Assembly: GCA_002269645.1 (NCBI GenBank)
Contig: NIVC01002054.1
Span: 62,001 to 126,000, forward strand
Reading direction: 5' to 3'
DNA from: Macrostomum lignano
Lineage: Eukaryota
DNA length: 64,000 nt
Shown: piece by piece, positions 25,006 through 36,879 of the stretch
Layout of the letters: each line of letters opens with the position of its first letter
How positions within the stretch are numbered: the stretch's first letter is position 1
Made by a program: the position numbers and the translations under genes
The notes under the pieces: model-generated
Database searches by the model: none
What the model saw: only the letters and a program-made list of their open reading frames with translations
What the model was told of the DNA's origin: nothing

Positions 25006-25429
25006 CGATTCCACAAATCTGTTGCCCAGCTCAGACTGCCGAGGTGAGTCAGCCGAGCCAGAAGCAACAATACCGTCTTGACCAACGCCGCTGCTGCCAC
25101 CACCAGACGCGGTTGAAGCGGCAGCGGCAGGGACCGCGGGGGCGGCAGTCGAAGAGTTCGCTGACGTGGCAGCAGCGGACATCCGAGACGGTTTAAAGGG
25201 CAATTTGGACTTTGAAATTGGAGCACTATGGTTAGTAGTGGCAGCTGTGGGCACAGCTGACTGATGCTGAGATGAAGCTGGCTGCAGAATCGAATCCGCT
25301 GCCGCAAAGGAGCCGCTGATGACGGAGCCTGACACCATTGACGCAGCGTCCGCGTCTAGTGAAGGGTTCGTCATCATCTGGTAGCCTTTGAGGGGACTGC
25401 GGCTGCGGCCGGCTGACTTCACTTTGTCC
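25006..25429 (-). CDS. Internal Ala/Ser-rich coding exon of an unknown gene (or of an extended ABCG)
   Basis: GC-rich open frame DKVKSAGRSRSPLKGYQMMTNPSLDADAASMVSGSVISG...RFVES; acceptor CCGTGCAG and donor TCG|GTGAGC. Confidence 0.6.
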
Positions 25430-25564
25430 CTGCACGGTCGGAGAGGCGAGCCAAGTCAGTGGGAATGCGGGCTTACTGAGCTGTCTTTAGGAACTATTTA
25501 AAAGTAGAAGAGAATTTACAGCGTTAATAAAATAGAAAGAAAGTGGAAGCTGTACCTTAATATG

Positions 25565-25566
25565 GA

Positions 25567-25638
<72 letters not shown>

Positions 25639-25660
25639 GGACAGACAGACAGACAAACAG
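25565..25660. repeat. (GACA)n microsatellite
   Basis: direct reading. Confidence 0.95.
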
Positions 25661-27679
25661 ATGACACTAACAAGCGATATTCAAATGAGATAGAAAGCAA
25701 GTTAAGAACAATATAAAAGCAATAGATATCGCAAGTACAAAAAACAGCACAGAATAACAAGAGAGAAACGCAAGATGCATACACTAGGAAATTAAAATAT
25801 TGCTCAAAATCGACAGCTGCTTCATAACTTACAGTAAAACAATGCGACTAAAATCGGCATAGTTCTAAACGTCTAAATTACGTCTAACGTCTAAATTATC
25901 GCGCAAAATTAATGGAAAGAGGTGAAGATTTTCATTCGCACTTTTTCCTGCCTAATACAGCTACAGCAAGCACGTTGACAAGGTGGTAGCCAGGCTTTAC
26001 TCTCTGTGTTAACTCCGCAAACGCCAATTATAATGCGAATGAAGTTAAACAGACCGAACAGTCAACCGTCACGCCACGCCTGACACAATTTATTTGTTGC
26101 ATATTAATCGCCGATTGGAATTAGGAATATAATATAGATAAGTAGAAAGAAGTTTACAGATAGGCCCCAGAGTATTCTTCACTCTTATCTAGGCTATTTT
26201 TAGCAACACGAAGTCTATAAGATAAAGATGTTGTACCTTCTTAGTAGCCTACTAACAGTAGTGTAATTCGCAGCCGTTTTTAAAGAAATTTGAATTTTTT
26301 ACTTCAATAATTATAACAATGCACTGTACGAATTTCTCTATCCTTTAGCTTGAAGTTTTGATAGCACATTTGCAAGAATTCACTAATTTTGCAGCAATAG
26401 AAAGTTGTAAAATTCATTGCACAAACTACAAAACCTAGCCTACTGAATAGTAAAACACTGCATTTTTCTAAGCTAATAGTCACTACTGATAGACAGAGTA
26501 AGTCTATAGATTTTATAGTAAAGTATTGAAACTACATACTATATAGAAAGTAGCAGTTCTATAATTAAAGGAAATGCTTCTTCAACACAATGGTAAAATG
26601 TACTTACACAGAACACTTGATGAAACTTGATATTGGTAAAATAAAATTAACAGATGAAATTATTACCAATTAAATTGTTCTACAAAAACTGGATACCACA
26701 AACTAAGCAACAAAGAAAAAAACTTACATTTCAGTTATTAAAGAAATTTATTTTTCTCTTGAACAGCACTTAGTTTGCCATTTTCTCCAATGATTCAAGT
26801 CAACAACTGAAAATGAGAATTGCTTTTACATAGTTATCAAGTTTAGAAATAGCTTCAATTAATTTTTGGTCTTTACTATGCCTTAAGCTGATTTTTTTAA
26901 TTATATACTTAGTATTATAACAAAGCTACACAAGATAGAAAACCTAAATAAAGATTTGGCATTTTTATGAGTAATTGACAGCCAATGGGTATTTTAAACT
27001 TAATTGTCAAGTTATATTGCTATTTAAAATGCTTCAAGAAAATAACTGGTTTAGATTGGTAACTATAAAAACAAAAAAATTGACTTAATCTAAAAAAATA
27101 ATCAACAGACTAGATTCTTGAATCTTGATTTGTTTTACAAACATTTGTACCTATATATTTAGACTATAGGTAGACTCATATGTAAGTTCTGAAATAACAT
27201 TAACAATGCAACTTGCTTAAAATAAAATTTTACTTGCATTTGTACCATACTCCAAAAGCAAAAAATATTTAGATTATAAAATTATGCAAAAAGTGTCAAA
27301 TATGTTAATTTGTCTAAAACTATTAAAAACCAAAAAACTATCAATTCTGTCATTAGAGTTCCACTGCAATTAAAATTTTTCCATATCTATAGGCCTGTCC
27401 ATAGCCATACCTATAATTTTTCCTATAGCCTATCCATATCCACATATTTACATCTTTAGCCAGTAATTTTTTATAACTTTTTACAACTTTCTTGTTGTAG
27501 TTGCAATGGACTAACAACCAGCAATGCTTAGTAAAATGTCATAGAAAAGGGCTATTGGGACTTTTTGTTACTAGCTATTATAGTTTCAAAAATTCAATTA
27601 GGAATAATGTTCTGCAGACAATGTAGAATCCACTTATGGTGCTTCAATGCCCTTCAACTTGATTGCATTTGATTGTTTT

Positions 27680-27860
27680 CTATCTTTTCTCCCCTCTTTC
27701 CCTCTCCTTTCTTTTCTCTCTTCTCCCTTCTTCTCTTTTCCCTCTCTTCTCTCTATTTCCTCTCCCTTTTCTGCTCTCTATTCTCTCCTTTTCCCCTTTT
27801 CTTCTTGCCCATTTCTCTTTTCCTCTCCACCTTCTACTTTGTCTTCTTCTCTCATTTTTT
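27680..27860. repeat. CT-rich low-complexity tract
   Basis: direct reading. Confidence 0.8.
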
Positions 27861-28049
27861 CTTAGTATATTGATCTCAGTATCTCAGAACTATATCTAAT
27901 TATAGTTCTTAGTGTATATATTAATCTATATCTTAGGCCTAGTATTTATCTAGGCAATTCTTCTGTTCTTTTTATTGGTAGCATTCTAATTGTACTAGTA
28001 GCCTTAGTAAAACTTAGTAAATATACTAGCATTCAAGAGCACAAGAATT

Positions 28050-28590
28050 GCTTGCAGGAGATTTGACTATCAATATTTTCCTGCCAAGCTTTTCCTAGGG
28101 AGATTTGCCCACAGTGTATTTTGCCCATCAGTAAATTGCCCATTAAGATTTGATTTCCAAGAATTGCCAATTAGATTTGCCCATAGTGCAATTTACCTAT
28201 GAGTGAATTGCCTATGGCTATAAGTGAATTAATTGCCTACTAAGTTACTTTCCTAAGAAGGTTTGCCTGCAATGCATTTTTATTATTTTTACTAAGAAAA
28301 ATATGAATTTGATATGCAGTTACTATCAAAATGTTTTAAGTTAGGTAAATCTTTTTATTAAGACTTACTAAGCATTTAGAAGGCAATAAACACAAAATCC
28401 GCTATCTAGCTAAATTTACTAGAGGAAAAAAGCATTGCCAACAAACCTAGGTAAGGTAGAAATTTAATAGGTAATTTGCTTGTAGTTTACGTGTAGGCAA
28501 ATTGTACTGCAGGCAAATCTTGATAGGCAAGTTATCTATAGGCAATTATCATAGACCAATAGTATTCTCAATAAAACTGCCCTAAGCAAT
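28050..28590. mobile_element. degenerate foldback/MITE remnant
   Basis: Left arm has many (A/T)TTGCC motifs and the right arm has many inverted GGCAA(A/T) motifs, around an AT-rich centre. Confidence 0.4.
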
Positions 28591-29875
28591 ATGTTATTAG
28601 TATTTATATTGCATGTATCTCTTCCAATCCTAGACATTCCCAAGATAAGAGCTCATAGCCTTTGGTATTCTATCTTTATTTTAGGGTTCTACTTTGTATC
28701 TTTTTATTTTATTTTCTACTTCTTAATAGTATATATAGTAGATATTTTTTTATTTCACTTCACTATAAATTAATTAAAATGAATTGAATTTTTAAAGTTT
28801 ATTAGGAATACTTTTTTCTTTATCACTCACTTTGCTAAATGCTAAAGCCATAAAGGTTTGAATTGTGGTGGGCAAGGTTGGTCTTTCTTACCAAAACTTA
28901 TCATCTAAATTTTGAAGCTGTTTTGAAGAAAGAATAATTTTAGGAAATATTTCATAAAATACAAACATTAGATCAATTTTTTAAGATTTGTGCTAATTTA
29001 AAGTGCAAATAATTTAGGATATTTTGCTGAAAATAAATAAAAGCCTTCTATACTCTTTATTGCTATACCTATAGCAACAGCTAAACTTTATTTACTGTTT
29101 ACCCTTCATCTTTCATTAGCTACAATGTGTGCTAACTAGCTTAGCCAGGTTGACCAATAGTCTAATAATATGGTTCTATCTATCTATCTATCTAATAATA
29201 TAATTCATTATATTATTAGATAGAGGTCACAGAGACTTGGCTAAAGCAGTAAAGCTAAAGTAAATAATACTTTAATAGTTTCTTTTGTTGCTTAAATACA
29301 AATTGACTTATCTTTTTTTGTTTTATTCCAACTTTTTAATGAATTTCAAATTTAAATTATTATATTTACAGTAATTAAAAATGACTTGTTAATAAGTATC
29401 TAAAATTAACAGCAATAGAAATAATTATTTTTACTAATAATTCTAAGATAAGAATCTAATTTAAATCAAATTTTAAAATGCAATTTATGAATATTAATTA
29501 TAATCATTAGGCAAAAGCGTAACAATAAGTTTTATTGTCAAAAGACTCATGCCACTAAAATACATGCACATGTAAAATATGTAGACACAGAAATTAGACT
29601 TTAAGTTTATTAATTTTGTATCATAATTACAATTAGGCCTAGGCCCTTTTAGTATTACTATACAATACAGCCCATAGTTATACTTAGTTTTAGTTCAAAG
29701 TATAAAATGCAAAAAATAGATAATAGTTAATATGTTTAAGATTTATTCCTACAGAAAAAATGCAAACAAATGCTTTGAGTTGAGCTTATTTAATTTGAAT
29801 TTATTTGCACCTCATCACTTGATCATACTATAAAAATAACAAAATGGAATATGATATTTGACGATCTGATCTGAC

Positions 29876-30109
29876 CAGCAACAATAACAAAAGGAAGAGG
29901 AAGACAACAATTCAGCGACCTTTTTTCAATTTTACTGTTTTAATATGACCTATTACATTTTATTGCTAAAACTTCACCTCTGCGTACATTAATTCTCGAA
30001 GCGACGAATCTTGAACCAGAAGGCTCAAAGTCCACCCATCGTACGATTTCAGTCCCTCCAGCTCCAGCTCCAACCGAATCAAAACTCGAATCGAATCAAA
30101 AACTGCATC
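29876..30109 (-). CDS. two candidate short exons (30109-29978 and 29919-29876) of an unknown gene
   Basis: TTTCTAG|DAVFDSIRVLIRLELELEGLKSYDGWTLSLLVQDSSLRELMYAE|GTGAAG (132 nt, phase 0-0), then VAELLSSSSFCYCC(W) (phase 0-2, weak acceptor), which is phase-compatible with the exon at 25429. Confidence 0.4.
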
Positions 30110-31554
30110 CTAGAAATTTAGATTTCCTTTTTGTACGAAAAAGTAGCTGATAAAAACAAATTCAGCATTTTAGGTTAATACTCTACAACGTAAATTATTC
30201 TTTAAATATCAAGTGAATAATTCAATACAAATTGAGTTTATTATATATGATTTTTAAGTAGTTGAAGTCCTAAAATACAATGTTTCAAAGATATCGTGCT
30301 TGAATCATTCCAGCACAGACTGGGCGTGTCCAAAGCAGGTTTTTCATTGGTGCATTAGCAGCGAAATTATGGAATTTCCTTTTCTGCTGCTAAATCTTAA
30401 AATAATTAACATAATTAAAACATTGAATCGAATGTTTAACTTAATTATTTCACAAGTGTGTTATATACTACATATAATTCTCTACATATAACTATACCAG
30501 TGTGCATGACATGACATAGTTATACTCCATATTACGAGTGGAGTTCTAGATAAGCGTCTGAGTTAGGACGTCAATTTCCGGCCTCATTTCTCTTATTTAT
30601 GTGACGCAGCTTTTTGGTTCTGTAAAACCTGTCGACACATGGGGATCATTGCTGAGTACTAACAATATTTCAGAAATTATCTGAGAAAGGATCGACAAGC
30701 ATTTACAAATTTCACTTCCAGAATGCTTTTTTACATGTGGTGAATTCATGTAAATCCAGCGCTTTGAAATGGTACAAAACAATTAAAGTTTACAGAGTTT
30801 ACAAAATAGCTATGGTCGGATTCACTTTGTGTATTCGCTCTCCTGAACCTCTTGCCGAAGAAAAAGTGTGTATACAGCAGTAAGAGGGAATCAAACATAT
30901 AGCGCTGCAGAAAGCAAGCATCGACGCCATTTTTGGCATCAAGCTTCATTTGCATGTGTATTTACATTCTCTCTATGGTTGTACAAGCATGCACGCTTAC
31001 ATGTAGGTCTTCCCAAGGTTCACAAAAACGCAGTCTGCTTCGTGGTGCACCATGCAACCATACTGTGCTGTATATGCCAGCTGCTTGGTATCAATCTTTC
31101 TCTCCTATACGCCCGCAAGTAAGGCAGAAGAAGAATTAAGAGCGGCCGAGGGGGTCGGGAAAGCCGAAACCAGCTGCAGTGGAAAGAAGCGGTATAACAT
31201 ATACAATGCAATAGTCTTAATCCATGATGCAGCAAGGAATATTATCGCTATTGCGATATATTACTGAATCTGCGCGGTACGCGGGCTCCCACTGCCACGT
31301 GCAGCTGTATGCATGGCAGAAGCACCCCTCGTGCAGATTTCGCATTTCACCCCCTCCTCACATATTCCATAGAAAGATATTTCATCCTAGCTCGTATTAG
31401 ATTGGATATATAGGCGCTTTCAATGGATTTGGATTATTTGCAGAAATGGAACTACGCCTATACGCCGAAAGCAATTTCTGTTGGGCAAAGGATTGACGAG
31501 AGTAATAAAATAATTTTTGCCGTTTTACCTTTACAACAGCTGTGAGGCCCTTTC

Positions 31555-31840
31555 CAGGGGCGTCGTCACCAGGGGGGGGGGGGCAGGGGGACATGTCCCC
31601 CCCAGTTAAAGCCATTGGGGGGACATACCAATGCTTTGTCCCCCAACCATCATTTTGACCCATTAAAGTAATCCATAATTTTGTTTCAGGACGACAAAAT
31701 ATAGCGCCTGTGACACCAAAATCAGTGTACTGCGGTGCCAAAATGAGCGCTGAGAACACCGATTCTGAAAATAATTTAGGTGTACATTTATAATTCTTGG
31801 CTTTGTCCCGTCCACCATAAAATCCATGGCGATGCCCCTG
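31555..31840. mobile_element. hAT-like MITE (~286 bp), apparently nested in another hAT-like element ending at 31910
   Basis: TIR CAGGGGCGTCGTCA / TGGCGATGCCCCTG (12/14); TSD imperfect (CCTTT on both sides); second terminus CTGGCCACGATCCTG at 31896-31910. Confidence 0.55.
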
Positions 31841-32053
31841 CCTTTGGCACCTCTTGGTGCCCCTGATACTGGGGCCCCAATGACCCAAAAAAGTTCTGGC
31901 CACGATCCTGTGTGTGTTTTGTGTGTCTGTGTGTGAAATCAGTGCCTTCCTTTTTTTCTAACTGCGTAGGGAGGGGTTTGGCCATAGACAACACGCAAAT
32001 ATCTAACTATAGTAATAATCTTATAATCTTAGCTTAAAACGACCTGCACTAAC

Positions 32054-32188
32054 GCTTCATCGGGTATTTTCCTTTATACATGTAGCAGTGATTCAGTGAA
32101 GCGCAAGAGGGCCAGAACGGATTCATATCGAACCAATCGGACTGCAATTTCAAGCCAGCCAAGCGTGGCACATCGTGTGGTTGAAAAT
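32054..32188 (-). CDS. candidate 135-nt exon (phase 1-1) of an unknown gene
   Basis: TTATTAG|(D)FQPHDVPRLAGLKLQSDWFDMNPFWPSCASLNHCYMYKGKYPMK|GTTAGT. Confidence 0.4.
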
Positions 32189-32459
32189 CTAATAATAATG
32201 TCATGTATAGGTCTGACACAGCTCTCTGTTACAATATATATATGCAGAAATTTTGGCAAACCATGATGTACTCTGTGGTTTCCCATGCGTATGCGGGATT
32301 AGCAATAATCCTACTGCTGAAGTCTAGAGTGAGATAAGATAACTGATATCTATCTAGCCAACCGCTCGTAATTATCTTATCCATTCATATCTAGGAATTT
32401 CCGAAAATCTAGGGCTAATTTAGTGTGTCATATTTCATTTCGATAGGGCCCAAAGTCAA

Positions 32460-33105
32460 TGTCAGTTGGCGCCATAATTGATTTCGAATGGGCGCCAAAA
32501 TCATTGTCAGTCGGTGCCAAAATCGATGCTGATGGGGCGCCAAAATCGATGCTGAAGGGGCGCCAAAATCGATGCCGAAGGGGCGCCAAAATCATTGTCA
32601 GTCGGTGCCAAAATCGATGCTAAAGGGGCGCCAAAATCGATGCTAAAGGGGCGCCAAAATCGATGCTGAAGGGGCGCCAAAATCGATGCCAAAGGGGCGC
32701 AAAAATCGATGCCAATAGGGGCGCCAAAATCGATGCCAAAAGGGGCGCCAAAATCGATGCCAAAAGGGGCGCCAAAATCGATGCCAAAAGGGGCGCCAAA
32801 ATCGATGCTAAATGGGCGCCAAAATCGATGCCAAAGGGGCGCAACAATCGATGCCAAAAGGGGCGCAACAATCGATGCCAAAAGGGGCGCCAAAATCGAT
32901 GCTAAATGGGCGCCAAAATCGATGCCAAAGGGGCGCAACAATCGATGCCAAAAGGGGCGCCAAAATCGATGCTAAATGGGCGCCAAAATCGATGCCAAAG
33001 GGGCGCAAGAATCGATGCCAAAAGGGGCGCCAAAATCGATGCTGAGAGAGCGCCAAAATCGATGCCAAAAGGGCGCAAAAATCGATGTCTAAGGGGCGCC
33101 AATGT
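32460..33105. repeat. 23-24-bp GGCGCC-core minisatellite (GGCGCCAAAATCGATGCTAAAGG)
   Basis: direct reading. Confidence 0.95.
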
Positions 33106-33589
33106 CAATGCTATAAAAATTTTAATGATTACACTTTGACTCTCGACTCCATTTCTATCTAGCTCAAAGTTTGTATCGAGTTGCACAAAATGAAGAGCTA
33201 GATAAAAGTACCAAAGCCACGATTAAATCCAGGAAGTTACTAACTGTTGACAGCTACTTGGTTATTTTTTTATATATGCATAATATATACATGTATATGG
33301 TCTTAAAGAGGGCAATGCAAATTCAACAGATCATTTCATTTCGGTTGGTTGCCCACGGCCGTTCGTGACAAGCAATTGCATTTCAGATTACATGTAATTT
33401 AAAAGGCTAGAAGAAACTTCATATTCTTTATGTTTAGCATCGAATATATTTGATTTTATTGTATATCTGATAGTAAGTGTTCAACTCGAAAAATATCTTG
33501 ATGCAAAAAATCAGAGGGGCATCGCCAAAACAGCGGATTTTCACTGTCTGGAGGGCTTAAGGTGCGAAACGGAGAAGCTAAAAGGAATT

Positions 33590-33900
33590 AAAAGCGCCCA
33601 AACACGGAAACGAAGCCAGTCGCGCCAAATCAGGGTTCAAGGCGCCAAAATAGGGTTAAAGGCGCCAAAACAGCAGTTAAAGGCGCCAAAACAGGAGTTA
33701 AAGGCACCAAAACAGGAGTTAAAGGCGCCAAAACAGAAGTTAAAGGCGCCAAAATAGGGATTAAAGGCGCAAAAACAGGATTGAAGGCGCCAAAACATGA
33801 GTTATACGCACCAAAAGAGGTGCTAATGGCGCCAAAACAGGAGCTGATGTCGCCATGAAACAGGAATCAATGGCGCCTAAACAGGAGCTAACGGCGCCAA
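33590..33900. repeat. ~21-bp GGCGCC-core minisatellite (GGCGCCAAAACAGGAGTTAAA)
   Basis: direct reading. Confidence 0.85.
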
Positions 33901-34309
33901 AACCAAAAAGCCAAGTGAGCTACAGTAGAGTAGAGCCAATAGGTAATGAAAAAAACGAAAATTGACGAGATACACACTTCAAAAGATCCAATGAGTAGAA
34001 AACTTAGACCAGAGTATTACCAAACACAAAGCAAAAGTAGTGTGCAGTACGATAGAACTTGTAGGCACACATGTTATAATTTAAGCTGATCAAATTACGC
34101 ATTTTAACACACATATATATGCTTCTTTACTTGGCAAACTGCAGCTAGGGCATGTGCTATAGTGTTGAAGAATCGGCAAATTCTTTTCGCAAGGGTGTAA
34201 ATTGATCTTGCACAGCGCACTGCATGCAATAAATTAGTTAAAGCTATTCGTAATGTTATAAATCTGCCTATTTGATTCTTGTAAAGGAGAATGTAAGAAA
34301 TCGTACAGC

Positions 34310-34862
34310 CAGCACCAAGGGGCTTTAGCACCAAGGGGCTTTAGCACCAAGGGGCTTTAGCACCAAGGGGCTTTAGCACCAAGGGGCTTTAGCACCAAGG
34401 GGCTTTAGCACCAAGGGGCTTTAGCACCAAGGGGCTTTAGCACCAAGGGGCTTTAGCACCAAGGGGCTTTAGCACCAAGGGGCTTTAGCACCAAGGGGCT
34501 TTAGCACCAAGGGGCGCCAGCACCAAGGGGCTTTAGCACCAAGGGGCTTTAGCACCAAGGGGCTTTAGCACCAAGGGGCTTTAGCACCAAGGGGCTTTAG
34601 CACCAAGGGGCTTTAGCACCAAGGGGCGCCAGCACCAAGGGGCGCCAACACCAAGGGGCGCCAGCACCAAGGGGCGCCAATACCAAGGGGCGCCAGCACC
34701 AAGGGGCGCCAGCACCAAGGGGCGCCAGCACCAAGGGGCGCCAACACCAAGGGGCGCCAGCACCAAGGGGCGCCAGCACCAAGGGGCGCCAGCACCAAGG
34801 GGCGCCAACACCAAGGGGCGCCAGCACCAAGGGGCGCTAGCACCAAGGGGCGCCAGCACCAA
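34310..34862. repeat. 16-bp minisatellite GCACCAAGGGGCTTTA switching to GCACCAAGGGGCGCCA
   Basis: direct reading; the two variants occupy opposite halves. Confidence 0.95.
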
Positions 34863-35284
34863 TAAGCCCCTGGAGAGCAATGAGATTTAGTGAGTGTGTG
34901 AGTGAAGAGAGATAGCGCTATCTGAGTAAGTAGCGTTTTTAAAAATTAAATCGACGAGGGAGGTAAAGTGCAGTCGAATCAAATTAAAACGCAATTTAGC
35001 CCTATAGTCGCAGTTTAGTCACGGGTCGTATGCCTAATTTCATTTTTTAAATAAATAAAATTTGCATCTGAAATTTAACCTAGATAGCAGACAAGCAGTG
35101 CATGGAGAGCTTAAGGGCCGCTGATGGGTACATCAGAACAGAAAGTACTATACTATGAATCCACGATGGATAATATACTCTGCATAATGATGGATAATAT
35201 ATCCATATATCCAGTCGATTTTCTCAGACTAAAACACCTTTTAATCAGTTGAATGGGTTGCTTCTTGCTCACCTCAACTCATAT

Positions 35285-36200
35285 TTTTGGCGCCTATCTG
35301 ATATCTAATTTGGCGCCTATATGATATTTAATTTGGTGCCTATCTAATACCTAATTTGGCGCCTATCTGATATCCAATTTGGCGCCTATCTGATATCTAA
35401 TTTGGCGCCTATCTGATATCTAATTTGGCGCCTATTTGATATCCAATTCGGCGCCTATCTGATATCCAATTGGGCGCCTATCTGATATCAAATTGGGCGC
35501 CTATCTGATATCTAATTGGGCGCCTATCTGATATCCAATTCGGCGCCTATCTGATATCAAATTGGGCGCCTATCTGATATCAAATTGGGCGCCTATTTGA
35601 TATCTAATTGGGCGCCTATCTGATATCTAATTGGGCGCCTATCTGATATCCAATTCGGCGCCTATCTGATATCAAATTGGGCGCCTATTTGATATCTAAT
35701 TGGGCGCCTATCTGATCTCTAATTTGGCGCCTATATGATATCTAATTTGGCGCCTATATGATATCCAATTCGGCGCCTATCTGATATCAAATTGGGCGCC
35801 TATCTGATATCAAATTGGGCGCCTATCTGATATCCAATTTGGCGCCTATCTAATACCTAATTTGGCGCCTATCTGATATCTAATTTGGCGCCTATCTGAT
35901 ACCTAATTTGGCGCCTATCTGATATCCAATTTGGCGCCTATCTAATACCTAATTTGGCGCCTATCTGATATCTAATTTGGCGCCTATCTGATATCCAATT
36001 TGGCGCCTATCTAATACCTAATTTGGCGCCTATCTGATATCTAATTTGGCGCCTATCTGATACCAAATTGGGCGCCTATCTGATATCTAATTTGGCGCCT
36101 ATCTGATATCCAATTTGGCGCCTATCTGATATCTAATTGGGCGCCTATCTGATCTCTAATTTGGCGCCTATATGATATCTAATTTGGCGCCTATCTGATA
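35285..36200. repeat. 23-bp GGCGCC-core minisatellite (GGCGCCTATCTGATATCTAATTT)
   Basis: direct reading. Confidence 0.95.
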
Positions 36201-36210
36201 TATAATTTAC

Positions 36211-36337
36211 ATATTTAATATTATATCCATGGTGTTCAGCTCCTTGATGAGAAACACGCAATATGCATTCAATAATGTATAGCAGATGAGAACTGACTCT
36301 ATCTAATCCGAGTCCAGACTTTAAGTCCGTAAACAGG
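36211..36337 (-). other. weak candidate exon
   Basis: CTCTAAC..TTGCAAG|LFTDLKSGLGLDRVSSHLLYIIECILRVSHQGAEHHGYNIKY|GTAAAT; could not be linked in phase to the next candidate. Confidence 0.25.
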
Positions 36338-36879
36338 CTTGCAATATAGGAAGTTAGAGATTAACGCGAATTGACAGCATAAAGCTAGCGGAGTTTGAGT
36401 TGAGTTGAGCTGCTGCAGAGCTGAGCAGACTAACTGACTCAAAAGCATTAGTGTTTGTTAGCTTAGTGAGGAGATTAGGGTGGTGCCTCCCATGCAAAGT
36501 TGGACTGAGGAAATAAAAGATCCCATGGAGCCTCCGCACATTCTATTCAATAGAGAATGCGACTCTGACGGTGAATTATGAGTGCTAATGTATAAGACTT
36601 ACCGGAAATTGCATCTATATAATGGGAGAATCGAAAATATAGAAAATATTCACAGCTTGCTTGCACTGCACACTACAGTGTGTAGCATACCCTAGAATGG
36701 CGGGATTTTGGAGGTTGGGATAATGGGGTGAGATGTAGGGTGAGATAGGCTGAGATTAGAGTGATAAAAGATCTCACCCTACATTTCATCCCTCTCACCC
36801 TGTATATTTCGTCCCACTATCAACATAATCTCACCTCTCCCTTTCACTCTACTTCTCACCCTTCTAACCCTTACGTCTC

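Noticed and set aside
30746-31267. Hydrophobic minus-strand frame suggesting a GPCR-like pseudogene
   Set aside because: Multiple stops, no family motif, and no consistent splice model on either strand
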